The notes: a model not told the origin generated them from the sequence alone. A stretch of 60,991 nt of DNA, filler included, from 5 parts of 5 records of this genome joined end to end with filler, not necessarily neighbours in it, one strand, 5' to 3'; positions 1 to 9,755 are shown, numbered from the whole stretch's first letter. Program-made: numbers and translations.

Positions 1-515
1 TTTTTATGAAAAATTCCGGTTGTTAAAGGTACATGGATCGCCTTTGACACGATTAAGTCAATGTTGCTCAAATCCATATCAAAACCAGAACCGGACAAAG
101 TTATTCTTTTAGAATCTCTTAATGTTCTTTTCAATTTAAACGTAGCTCGAAAAGATAGTCCAAGTACAATTCCGGCACCTAAAATCCATATTACAAAGAG
201 TAACACCAGTGGATTCATTGATTCTGTATGGGAAATACTGAAAGATGCCATGGTCTCAGCCGGATTTAAAACCAGGGTAGAATTATTCTGCAATGTGCCC
301 CTTGTAAACAAATTATTCAACTGAATCGGTAAAAAAGGAGGAATTATCAATTTTAGAAATCCGAGCAGGGCTATGAGATAGGATAATTGCGCATTTTTAT
401 TCTTCATGAAATAAAGCACGATTAAAATAATGGCGAGAAAAAGTGTATTCTGTACGATGGAAACAACAAATAATTCGCTCAAACCAGTGATCCAACTATT
501 CATAATGTCAACCAT
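1..515 (-). CDS. M56 family (BlaR1/MecR1-like) peptidase, N-terminal part, runs off the window start
   Basis: Not in the ORF track. Read by hand: MVDIMNSWITGLSELFVVSIVQNTLFLAIILIVLYFMKNKNAQLSYLIALLGFLKLIIPPF...LFVIWILG...VPLTTGIFHKK. Hydrophobic N-terminus typical of M56, and it starts directly after the blaI-like stop. Confidence 0.8.
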   Translation of the reverse strand, partial: MVDIMNSWITGLSELFVVSIVQNTLFLAIILIVLYFMKNKNAQLSYLIALLGFLKLIIPPFLPIQLNNLFTRGTLQNNSTLVLNPAETMASFSISHTESMNPLVLLFVIWILGAGIVLGLSFRATFKLKRTLRDSKRITLSGSGFDMDLSNIDLIVSKAIHVPLTTGIFHK

Positions 516-516
516 T

Positions 517-908
517 TTATTTCCCTTTGAGTTCAGCTTCCTTTTGGTCTATTAATTCTTTGATCTCGGATATTTCTTTCATACTCAGATTTTCGGAATT
601 GACAATAAAACTGGCCAGTGCTGTAATAGATCCCTTAAACACTCTGGAGGTCAGATTCGATATTTCTTTTTTTACAACCTCTTGCCTCGTTTTTAATGGC
701 GTGTAAAAATAGACCAGTCCAATTTTCTTTTTTCCAGTAATCCCTTTTTTTCCAGGATATTCATTATTGTTTGCACGCTTGTGTAGGCTTTTTCACCATT
801 AGGATAGGCATTGTTCAGAACATCTCGGACAGATGGAGAGCCCTGTATCCCCCAAATGGTCTCCATAATTTCCCATTCAACCGGGGTTAGTTTAAGTTTT
901 GTTGTCAT
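517..908 (-). CDS. BlaI/MecI/CopY family transcriptional repressor (1-nt frameshift near 720-735)
   Basis: LTPVEWEIMETIW...AYTSVQTIMNILEKKG winged helix. The C-terminus (VFKGSITALASFIVNSENLSMKEISEIKELI...KGK*) continues in another frame to TAA at 517-519. Span is 392 nt, so one base is missing. Confidence 0.9.
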
Positions 909-918
909 TTTCTCTCCG

Positions 919-979
919 TACTAATTAATATATCTACTAATTACTTAGTAAGTATACTAATTTATACGTATATTGTCAA
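919..979 (-). promoter_or_regulatory. Sigma70 promoter of blaI with overlapping palindromic operator
   Basis: Minus strand TTGACA (974-979), 17 nt, TATACT (951-956). Inverted repeat TACTAA-N4-TTAGTA at 935-950, with extra TACTAA copies at 919 and 955. Confidence 0.75.
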
Positions 980-1281
980 GTTATTTTTTAATTTTTTACA
1001 TGGTTTCGGGACTGGTCTGAAGTTCTCATCTCTTTTTGATAATCTAAACGAATGATGTAATATGTCTTAAAACTAAATAATGATCTCAGGACATACACTA
1101 TTATTATTCAATGACATTTCCTCTCTTTGAAGAACACCACGCTATTTGAAATAAAATAACTACTTATATGGTTTAAAATATAAACATCCAACAATTTATA
1201 ACGTTACCGATCCGCAGTAAAGCTATATCCACTCGTGGATTCTCTTAATTTCAAACAAGTTGCTCCCGTAAAAAAAAGAAA

Positions 1282-2130
1282 ATGGAGGTAAAATCGTTCA
1301 TGGACTTTAAACAATTATCCGCTGACTTTATAAAAATCCTGGGGGATTTTAAACAAAGGATTTTTGAATTCCTGCCAAATCTTTTCACAGCTTTTTTCAT
1401 TTTCTTTATCGGTTATCTTGCTGCCCGTTTGATCAAAGCGATTATAACCCGGTCTCTTAATAAAGTGCACAGAATTATTCCGAATGAATCTATGCGTGAT
1501 CGAGTTAAAAATATTATTGAAGAAAAACAATTTACGAAACTGATCGGAAATATTCTTTACTGGATCATCATCATTTTTTTCCTCATCGTCGCAACAGAAG
1601 CTCTTGGTATGCCAATAGTGACGAACTGGTTTGGGGAAATCATGCGCTATCTGCCACGAATTTTATCAGCTATTCTGCTCGTTATAGTTGGCGTGATCTG
1701 CAGTGTTTTTTTGCGCGATTTCATTGCAACAGCCGCCGCTTCGGCCCGTATTATGTACAGCGATATCCTGGGAAGACTGGCCCAGGTCGTCCTTCTTTTG
1801 GTGACCATCTTAATCGCTACAAATCAAATGGGTATTGATATTTCCATAATAGAAAATGTCATTATCATTGCACTCGGTGCTTTATTATTTGGAGCTGCTT
1901 TCGCCTTTGCACTGGGTGCTAAAACGTCCATCAGTAATATTTTGGCCTCTTATTATTTGCAAAAAATCTATAAAGTGGGTGATAAAGTGAGAATTGGAGA
2001 TTATGAAGGTAGAATTGTCGAAATAAATCAACAGGCGGTCATAATTGATTCAGCAGAAGGACAAACATATATACCAGCGCAGGAATTTAATCAAAGATCC
2101 TCCGTACTATTGTCAAAGGAGAGCAAATAA
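1282..2130 (+). CDS. MscS-family small mechanosensitive channel (CmpX/TM-helix type)
   Basis: Multiple TM helices, AFALGAKTSISNILASYY, and YKVGDKVRIGDYEGRIVEI (MscS beta domain). Confidence 0.85.
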   Translation: MEVKSFMDFKQLSADFIKILGDFKQRIFEFLPNLFTAFFIFFIGYLAARLIKAIITRSLNKVHRIIPNESMRDRVKNIIEEKQFTKLIGNILYWIIIIFFLIVATEALGMPIVTNWFGEIMRYLPRILSAILLVIVGVICSVFLRDFIATAAASARIMYSDILGRLAQVVLLLVTILIATNQMGIDISIIENVIIIALGALLFGAAFAFALGAKTSISNILASYYLQKIYKVGDKVRIGDYEGRIVEINQQAVIIDSAEGQTYIPAQEFNQRSSVLLSKESK

Positions 2131-2966
2131 TGAATGACGAACAATTGTTATTGTTGGAATTTATTTCTGCTCACCCCGGAGATGCCGCGAAAGCTCTCGA
2201 TTCTCTACCTGTTGAGGAATCTGTTCACATTTTAAAAGAGATCCCTCCCACCATCGCCGCACAAGTAATCCAACTTTTAGACCCGTTAACTGCCGCTCAT
2301 TACATGAATATTCTTGATACGGATATCGCTTCGGCCATCATTGCCGAACTTTTAACAGAAATAGCCATTGGATTAATACGACGTATGGAGCATCAGAAAG
2401 GATTAGACATCCTGCTAAATCTCCCTGATGATATATCAGAATCATTTGAAATCTTTCTGCAATACCCGGAAAATACCGTTGGAGCGTCAATGACCCTGAA
2501 TGTCATTACGCTCTTTGATGATCAAAAAACAAAAGAGTCCTTAAAATTACTTAAAAGGCAACCAAAATTTATCACTTTTCAGATTCCTGTAATTAACAGA
2601 GAGCATAAATTTGTCGGTTTAACCGATATACGACAAATCATGTTAGCCAAACCCGGCACTCTTGTATCTTCCGTGACACAATCAGGAATCGGGCAATTAT
2701 CCCCCAACTCGACTCTCGAGGCAATCCTGGCTCACCCCGATTGGCTACTATATCAATTCCTGCCGGTTGTTAATGAAAAAGGAGTGTTGCTTGGAATCAT
2801 TGATTATCAGACCATTCTACGTCTGGGAAATGGAACACAAAAAAAGAAACGATCCGGATCCAGTCAGGATGCCGGTAAAGCTCTGGGTGAACTTTACTGG
2901 CTTGGAATGTCCGCTCTCTTTAAAGGAGCCGTCTCCGTGCTCAAACCTGACAAAAACTCGAAATAA
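2130..2966 (+). CDS. MgtE intracellular N-domain + CBS pair protein without the membrane domain
   Basis: HPGDAAKALD..., YPENTVGASM, CBS motif LPVVNEKGVLLGII. Parallels the N-terminal half of the next gene. Confidence 0.8.
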   Translation: MNDEQLLLLEFISAHPGDAAKALDSLPVEESVHILKEIPPTIAAQVIQLLDPLTAAHYMNILDTDIASAIIAELLTEIAIGLIRRMEHQKGLDILLNLPDDISESFEIFLQYPENTVGASMTLNVITLFDDQKTKESLKLLKRQPKFITFQIPVINREHKFVGLTDIRQIMLAKPGTLVSSVTQSGIGQLSPNSTLEAILAHPDWLLYQFLPVVNEKGVLLGIIDYQTILRLGNGTQKKKRSGSSQDAGKALGELYWLGMSALFKGAVSVLKPDKNSK

Positions 2967-3064
2967 TTTTATTATATATATCTCAAATAAGAATCAGGTA
3001 CATAAAGAAACTTTCTGACAGAAAAAATAAAAAATTGTAAAATAAAATTGCAGGATCTATTGAT

Positions 3065-4381
3065 ATGGAAACACCATCTTTAAAAGCAAGTCATGTTTTG
3101 CTGCAAAAATTCTTTCAACTTTATCCGGGTGAAGCTGCCGGCTACCTTCATAATATACCACCGGATCAGGTTTTACAATTGCTGCATAAACAACCGACAG
3201 TTATAGCCACAAAGGTCTTTGCTCGTTTGAATCCGGATATCGCTGCCACTATTACAGACCAAATGGATGATGACTTTTTCATTCGTCTCTTTTCAAACAT
3301 AGATCCGGTTCAGGGTGCCATTTTTCTCACTCGCCTCAATAATGATGTTGTCAAAACCCGTCTGGCCTTATTATCAAAAACTCGTGCCAGGGAATATAAC
3401 GAATTAATGAGTTATCCACCTGATACAGCCGGTCAGATGATGGATCCTCATGTTGCAGCCTTTTTTTTCAAAGATACAACTGGGCAGGTGCTGGATACAA
3501 TCCGCAACATGAAAGATCGCCGAATTATTGACATCTGCGTCGTGGACGAGGAAGGGTATCTTGTTGGTGTTGTCCCCTTACAGAGTGTGGCGGTAGCCCA
3601 ACCCACACAGCAAGTGGGTGAACTGGTTTACAGGGATCCGATAACAGTCAATATAATGGATCCCAGAGAAGATGTGGTAAATATCCTTCAGGATCGCAAA
3701 CTGGCCAGTTTACCCGTTGTCAACCTGGATGGAAAACTGCTGGGAATTATTCGCCATGATGCACTAGTTACCGCAGCTCAACACGAAGCCAGTCAGGATT
3801 TGCAGGCCATGTTTGGTGCCGGCCGGGATGAAAGGGCTTTATCAAAAGTCTCTTTTGCTATTCGCAAACGGCTTCCATGGCTGGAGATCAACCTGGCGAC
3901 AGCCTTTTTAGCAGCTACTGTCGTCGGTCTTTTTGAAGATACTATCGCAAAAATCACCGCGTTGGCGGTTTTTTTACCCGTTGTGGCAGGTCAATCCGGT
4001 AATACCGGTTCCCAGGCTCTCGCTGTGACAATGCGGGGTTTGGCCCTGCGTGAAATCCGCACCAGACATTGGCTTAAAGTTGCCACAAAAGAAGTTGGTG
4101 TGGGTTTCATCAATGGTGTTGTCGTAGCTCTGACAACATCCCTCATCGTCTATATCTGGATGAATTCGGTCGGTCTCGCGGCTGTTATTGGTGTTGCGAT
4201 GATCTTTTCCATGGTCATTGCCGGATTATCAGGCGCTGTTATACCGATCATCTTGAAAACCGTGGGACAGGATCCGGCTCAGTCTTCATCCATTATTTTA
4301 ACAACCGTCACAGACATTGTTGGATTTTTAAGCTTTTTAGGATTAGCAACACTTTTTGCCAATATGCTCAGTATATCATAG
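3065..4381 (+). CDS. mgtE: Magnesium transporter MgtE
   Basis: YPPDTAGQMM, CBS pair, RLPWL, GQSGNTGSQA, DPAQSSSIILTTVTD membrane motifs. Confidence 0.92.
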   Translation: METPSLKASHVLLQKFFQLYPGEAAGYLHNIPPDQVLQLLHKQPTVIATKVFARLNPDIAATITDQMDDDFFIRLFSNIDPVQGAIFLTRLNNDVVKTRLALLSKTRAREYNELMSYPPDTAGQMMDPHVAAFFFKDTTGQVLDTIRNMKDRRIIDICVVDEEGYLVGVVPLQSVAVAQPTQQVGELVYRDPITVNIMDPREDVVNILQDRKLASLPVVNLDGKLLGIIRHDALVTAAQHEASQDLQAMFGAGRDERALSKVSFAIRKRLPWLEINLATAFLAATVVGLFEDTIAKITALAVFLPVVAGQSGNTGSQALAVTMRGLALREIRTRHWLKVATKEVGVGFINGVVVALTTSLIVYIWMNSVGLAAVIGVAMIFSMVIAGLSGAVIPIILKTVGQDPAQSSSIILTTVTDIVGFLSFLGLATLFANMLSIS

Positions 4382-4674
4382 TCATCGCTCGTAATCCTTT
4401 TTCTAATTACAAAAAAAACCACATTACCTTAAGAAAAATAATGAGATTCGAATCAAAGGACAAACCTGTAACAACACGGTACTATTCACGTTCAGCAAAA
4501 CCTTGGAGTGAAAAAAACTGTGCCATTTCTTTCTGGAAGGAAATGCGAGAATTATTCATGCAAAACAATCCCTTTGTAATTATCTCACAAATTATTATTA
4601 TTAAATGAATTCATATTAACAAATCACCGAAATATTTCGATTCCTTATTAATACAGAAACATGGAGTATGATTT

Positions 4675-6282
4675 ATGCGATTCACTCTTTATTCATTTGC
4701 TGGGGTTTTACTTGTTTCAACTTTTCTAAACTGTGTAAAATCAAATAAACTCCCTGAGCCGGCTAAAGTCGGTGCGGCAGCAACACCAACCGATATCGCA
4801 CCCATCAAGGCGCCGTTTAACATGCCACAACTGCAACGTCCGTCTTTTCCGGACAAAGAATACAGCATCACCGATTTTGGCGCTACTGAAGGCGGCACAA
4901 GCAAGGTGACGCAGGCCATTCAGCAAGCCATAGACCAGGCCAGTAACAATGGCGGAGGCAAGGTCATTGTACCGGCAGGGAAATGGCTCAGTGGGCGTAT
5001 TCACCTCAAAAGTAATGTCAATCTTTATATATCAAAAGACGCCGAGTTGCACTTTAGCGGCGAAATGGAAGATTATCGCCCCCCTGTCTTTTGCCGTATC
5101 GAAAGCCTGGAATTATATAGTCTGGGTGCGTTGATCTATGCACACAAGCAGGAAAACATTGGTATCACCGGCAAAGGCACCCTTTATGGCCCGGAGAGCG
5201 GCCCGGTGCGTGAGATTGTCCTGCACACGGTCTCGGACAGCATTGTTTCCTGGCAAACGCCGGTAAAAGAGCGTGTTTACGATGGTATAGCTCATAAAAT
5301 CTATTTTCGCCCCTATTTTATCAGTCCTGTTGATTGCAGGAATGTACTCATCGAGGGCCTTACTCTAAAAAATGGTCCCATGTGGAATGTTGTACCCGTC
5401 TATTGTGAAAATGTGATCGTCCGCGGTATCCGCGTGGAAAGCGTTGACGTTGGCAACGGCGATGGTATTAATATCGAATCCAGTCGCAATGTGTTGGTGG
5501 AATATTGCACCGTCAATACAGGAGATGATTGTTATTGCATGAAAGCCGGTCGCAATCAGGATGGCGTTCGTGTCAATAAACCGGTGGAAAATGTGGTTTT
5601 AAGATACTGCAGCAGTGAGGGCGGCCACGGCGGTATCACCTTTGGCAGCGAAACTGCAGGTAAAATGCGAAATGTCTATGTTCACGATTGTGTATTTGAG
5701 AACAATAATATCGGTATTCGCTTCAAAACTCGTCGTCCCCGTGCCGGTGGCGGAGAAAACCTGACCATTGAAAATATTCGTCTGAATGTCAGGAAAAATG
5801 CCATGGAATGGGATATGCTCGGGCTATCCATATGGGTTGGCAATCTTGCGAACCGATTACCTGCTCCTCCGGTTACACCCTTAACACCCTTCTACCGCAA
5901 CATAACCATTCGTAATGTCGCTGGCCAGGCAGAACGCCATGTATTAAAAATGGAAGGACTGCCGGAAAGTCCGGTGAAAAATGTCAGCATCGAAAATGTC
6001 AATATAACAGCCAAACAGGGAATCAGCATGACCGACGGATCTGATATTTCATTTAAAAACAGTAAACTTTTTTTCACCGAAGAACCGGTCATGTCCCTGA
6101 CAGATTGCTGGAATTTAAAGTTTGAGAATGTAAAGGTCAATACACCATTACAGGCCAATATAATATTAAATGGAAAAAATTGCGAAAATATCTCCCTTGA
6201 TAACGTTCAATTTTCAGATGGACAAAAGTCAAAATTGACAGCTCGGGATGGAGCGGATGTTAAAGCTGTTATTATTGAGTAA
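4675..6282 (+). CDS. Glycoside hydrolase family 28 (polygalacturonase-like), secreted or lipoprotein
   Basis: NGDGIN, GDDC, GHGG and RFKT catalytic motifs; signal peptide with Cys. Confidence 0.92.
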   Translation: MRFTLYSFAGVLLVSTFLNCVKSNKLPEPAKVGAAATPTDIAPIKAPFNMPQLQRPSFPDKEYSITDFGATEGGTSKVTQAIQQAIDQASNNGGGKVIVPAGKWLSGRIHLKSNVNLYISKDAELHFSGEMEDYRPPVFCRIESLELYSLGALIYAHKQENIGITGKGTLYGPESGPVREIVLHTVSDSIVSWQTPVKERVYDGIAHKIYFRPYFISPVDCRNVLIEGLTLKNGPMWNVVPVYCENVIVRGIRVESVDVGNGDGINIESSRNVLVEYCTVNTGDDCYCMKAGRNQDGVRVNKPVENVVLRYCSSEGGHGGITFGSETAGKMRNVYVHDCVFENNNIGIRFKTRRPRAGGGENLTIENIRLNVRKNAMEWDMLGLSIWVGNLANRLPAPPVTPLTPFYRNITIRNVAGQAERHVLKMEGLPESPVKNVSIENVNITAKQGISMTDGSDISFKNSKLFFTEEPVMSLTDCWNLKFENVKVNTPLQANIILNGKNCENISLDNVQFSDGQKSKLTARDGADVKAVIIE

Positions 6283-6420
6283 TATATTTATGAATGCCCC
6301 GGATGAGATATCCGGGGCGATCAGAAATGATCCTGCCTGGTACGATGCCCTCAAGACCATTATCAGCTACTCGTAAACGTTTCTATCGATGCGCTACCTT
6401 GAATTTCGCCCCCACCCATG

Positions 6421-6449
6421 GATCCCCGATAGAAACGTTCGGGAATGAC
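6421..6449 (+). repeat. REP-like palindrome GAT(T/C)CCCG-N-CGGGAATGAC, copy 1
   Basis: gatccccgatagaaacgttcgggaatgac matches the copies at 15648 and 15786. Partial gtcattccc at about 6578. Confidence 0.7.
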
Positions 6450-6597
6450 ATTTCTTTTCTTAAAAGGCAATTACTAATTTAACGCCAACAAAAAGTTTAA
6501 ACAGCAGCCTCGACCACCCTAGAAACAGATATCATTCACGCAGGCAAGCCACCTGTCGTCCTTGCATGAGACACACTGTCATTCCCACAGATTTTTA

Positions 6598-7842
6598 TTA
6601 TTCTCCTGTTTTTTTCCTGGTAACCCTCTTTTTTGATATGACCACCAACACAGTTGACTGCTTTTCGACTCGTTGACCTGCAGCCGGTTCCTGGCTCAAT
6701 ATCTCACCAGGCGGTTGTTTGCTTGTGATTTCAGATTTGATGCTCGCTTTTAGGTCAAGGGATTTAAGAACCTCATTGGCAACATTGTATTGTAATCCAA
6801 AGACAGATGGCACGACGACTAAAAGTCCATGGGATACATCGAGTGCTACGACTGTATTTTTATCAACCATAATTCCTGCCGAAGGATTCTGACCTATAAC
6901 AGCCCCGTTTTGGAATTCACTCTCTTTATACTCAACCTGCCCCATCTTGAGTTGAGTTTTTTTCAAAATTTTGGTGGCCTCTTCCAGGGACTTACCTATA
7001 AGGTCCGGTACCTGAACCTGATCCGGTTTTCCTTTGGAAATGTCCAGTATAACAACGGTATTTTCCGGTACATGTTCACCAGCTGGTGGCTCCTGATTCA
7101 GAACCTGGCCGGCAGGTTGATCACTTTCAATTTCAGATCTTATTTTATAACCAAGATTCAGCTTTTCAAACACTTTTTTAACGTCAGCAATAGCCATACC
7201 GACTACCAATGGGACCTCAACCAGAATGCTTTCAGAGACAATGAGATTTATAGCATTCCCCTTTAACACAACCCGACCAGCTGCCGGATCCTGGTTTAAT
7301 ACAATACCCGAACTTGTCTCCGTTTTTTCAGTAACCACATTACCTACTTTTAGTCCCAATTTTTCAAGTCGTGCTTTAGCATATTCTAGCGATAGACCAA
7401 CAAGTGAGGGAACCAATACCTCATCAGTCGCAATAGACGGCTCCCAGGGAAGGGGATTAATTTCAAATTTTATATCTGATAACAATTCAGGTGGTGTGGG
7501 ATCACCTGGTTGTGGTAAATTTAATTCGAGTTCCCCTTTGTCATCATAAGTAATAGTTGCCTTTATTACAGGTTTAAAGGTACCAATAGCAAATTTGGCC
7601 ATACCAGGTGCAGCGATTATTTCTCTCTGCAACTCTTGTAACGTTTCTGTGAATATCGATAAAAGTTTTTTCGCAGGAATACTTGATTTGGGAATTTCTT
7701 CCCGAACTATGATTTTATCCGACAGTGTAGAGAATTCCTTTTCTATTTTCTCTTGCCTCTGTTTAATGTCCAGAAGCTGAGTTGTCAGCTCTTTTCTCAT
7801 TTTTTCAAGTAATTCTTTTAAACTTTCATTTTCGTTGTTCAC
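6598..7842 (-). CDS. Protein with coiled coil, unknown helix/beta domain and four PASTA repeats; no kinase, signal peptide or TM segment
   Basis: Four VPxxxG...Q(D/E/N)PxAG...(V/I)S repeats in the C-terminal ~275 aa. GTG start with AGGAG RBS. Confidence 0.85.
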   Translation of the reverse strand: MNNENESLKELLEKMRKELTTQLLDIKQRQEKIEKEFSTLSDKIIVREEIPKSSIPAKKLLSIFTETLQELQREIIAAPGMAKFAIGTFKPVIKATITYDDKGELELNLPQPGDPTPPELLSDIKFEINPLPWEPSIATDEVLVPSLVGLSLEYAKARLEKLGLKVGNVVTEKTETSSGIVLNQDPAAGRVVLKGNAINLIVSESILVEVPLVVGMAIADVKKVFEKLNLGYKIRSEIESDQPAGQVLNQEPPAGEHVPENTVVILDISKGKPDQVQVPDLIGKSLEEATKILKKTQLKMGQVEYKESEFQNGAVIGQNPSAGIMVDKNTVVALDVSHGLLVVVPSVFGLQYNVANEVLKSLDLKASIKSEITSKQPPGEILSQEPAAGQRVEKQSTVLVVISKKRVTRKKTGE

Positions 7843-7935
7843 AATAACTCCTGAAAAATTTTTAGGATGTAATAATAAAACGATCCTATTTTAGGTTATT
7901 CTTAAAAACACGGATTATCACTTTTTCCACATGAA

Positions 7936-8514
7936 TCAGGGCTCATTTTTGGGTTTTATGGTGGCTTTTAAACGCCATGACTCCTTTTGAATTTTCCAAC
8001 CGATGGCCGAAGGAGTAACGGAAGATACTGCCAGCTTGCCCCGGCACGTCATAGCATTATTACAAAAATAATTTTGTGATTTTTCCGGATTTTTTAATGT
8101 ATCAAAAAATGGCTTTAACCTGTTTGTATTGTCATATCCGGGCACACTCTGTCGTAAGTCCCGGATAAATCCTGTTTTGCTGCTGTTACTTGATTCTTTT
8201 TGGTGTAAAAAACCTAAAAAATCACATTCAACCTCGACATCCGCAAACTGTAATGAAACGGGGGACAGACCTAGTTCATATAATGAAATTGGTTTTTCAT
8301 TCAGCAATGTCTCAATTTTTACGATATTCCCCTGTTGATCAACCGTTTCGACAACAGCCACAATGACGGTTTTTTCCGCAAGCTCGGTATTTAACAGGAG
8401 ATTTTCTGTTTCAATCCTGTTTGTTTCAAGAGCGAGTTGACCGTCGACAACTCCTGTGGATATTTTTTCCAAAAGATCAGCAAAAGGAATCCTGTCGTAT
8501 CTATCAAAGCTCAT
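7936..8514 (-). CDS. Hypothetical protein, DUF2589-like, paralog of 9058-9711
   Basis: PFADLLEKISTGVVDGQLAL...ETVDQQGNI...SLYELGLSPVSLQFADVEVE aligns by eye with the 217-aa protein. Confidence 0.7.
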   Translation of the reverse strand: MSFDRYDRIPFADLLEKISTGVVDGQLALETNRIETENLLLNTELAEKTVIVAVVETVDQQGNIVKIETLLNEKPISLYELGLSPVSLQFADVEVECDFLGFLHQKESSNSSKTGFIRDLRQSVPGYDNTNRLKPFFDTLKNPEKSQNYFCNNAMTCRGKLAVSSVTPSAIGWKIQKESWRLKATIKPKNEP

Positions 8515-8560
8515 TCAATATGACTCCTGACATGTTCGAAATTGTTCACAAAAATTAATT

Positions 8561-8926
8561 TCAGGGTGTATTTATGGAACGAACCGTCATCTTGATTTTC
8601 GCCGCCACTTCGCCTTTAAAATTAAATAAATTTGTAAAGGTTGGGTTGATTGGCGCGGCATCCAGATGCCGAAAACCGGTTTTTCCTTCATCAGGACTCT
8701 GGCCAAAATAATTAAGAGCGACCGGCATATCCACTTCAATTTCGGGTATATGAAGCCATGGCGCTGATAATCTGGGATCAACCCTGTCGCCAAACTGTTC
8801 CAGCTGTTTCTCAAGCGAAAAGGAATAAGCTTCCAAATTAGCGCGAGCCGCAACAATTTCCCTGCCTATCTGTAAAACGAGTTCTCCAATAGGCGCAGAA
8901 AAAAGGGGCCTGGTTGTCTCTGGCAT
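8561..8926 (-). CDS. Hypothetical protein, divergent member of the same helix + beta-hairpin family
   Basis: PIGELVLQIGREIVAARANLE...PWLHIPEIEVDM...KIKMTVRSI; GGGAG RBS. Confidence 0.65.
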   Translation of the reverse strand: MPETTRPLFSAPIGELVLQIGREIVAARANLEAYSFSLEKQLEQFGDRVDPRLSAPWLHIPEIEVDMPVALNYFGQSPDEGKTGFRHLDAAPINPTFTNLFNFKGEVAAKIKMTVRSINTP

Positions 8927-9057
8927 ATTTTTCTCCCACTTTTAATGAAAGACATTTCTCAACAGATGATTTGCAAATTGAACGGCATCCAAAAGTATCA
9001 TGAATAATTTCTTTATACTTTAACTCACTAGAATACCAAAGTATGTCGGTTATACAA

Positions 9058-9711
9058 TTACGGTATGGGCACAGGTTCTGTTTTCTGAATGACCTGTGGT
9101 ACAAGTCGTGCCGGTGGATCCTTTGGTCGCAATATTGCATTTACTTTGCATTGGCCCCAATCGCCTTCAACCTTATTGGCAATGGCCACTGATGTTGACG
9201 AACTCACGATCAAATCCGAACTGTATCGTCCTTCCTTTGTAGCGCTTTGGTAACCACCACCGCCACCAATTTTAAATATACCCAGATTTAAACTAAAACC
9301 ACCACCAGCACCCCATTTTGTTTTGGACGTTTTATAGCTCCTCTCCAAATGACTATGATATTCACTTTGACGCTCATAATTATATTCGGATTTACGCATA
9401 TAGGCGACATACCTGATCTCGACAGTTGTTTCAGAAAACTGAATAAATGTTGGATTCAAGCCCCATGCCAATAAGGATAATTCACTTTCGTTTGTTTTAA
9501 ATTCGACATTTGTGATATTACCATTGGCATCCACGGTCTCGATAATCGCAATCAGGACCTCGCCTACCTGAAATTTCGTATCCGCTAATAGTTGCGCGGA
9601 TTGCACGCCGTTTAAATCCAGAGCAAGCTGGGCATCGGCAACACCCAAACCGATTTGCCGTAAAAGCTCTCCAAATGGAAAATTTTCGAATTTCTCAACC
9701 GTACTTGACAT
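9058..9711 (-). CDS. Hypothetical protein, DUF2589-like, with a long Ser/Gly-rich beta-hairpin insert
   Basis: PFGELLRQIGLGVADAQLALD N-terminal helix; GLNPTFIQFSETTVEI; WGAGGGFSLNLGIFKIGGGGGY; GGAGG RBS. Confidence 0.7.
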   Translation of the reverse strand: MSSTVEKFENFPFGELLRQIGLGVADAQLALDLNGVQSAQLLADTKFQVGEVLIAIIETVDANGNITNVEFKTNESELSLLAWGLNPTFIQFSETTVEIRYVAYMRKSEYNYERQSEYHSHLERSYKTSKTKWGAGGGFSLNLGIFKIGGGGGYQSATKEGRYSSDLIVSSSTSVAIANKVEGDWGQCKVNAILRPKDPPARLVPQVIQKTEPVPIP

Positions 9712-9755
9712 AATGTTTACCTCCAGTATAGTGAAATATAGTCCACATAAATTAT

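Noticed and set aside
61-324. 87-aa plus-strand ORF
   Set aside because: Antisense shadow of the M56/BlaR1-like gene on the minus strand.
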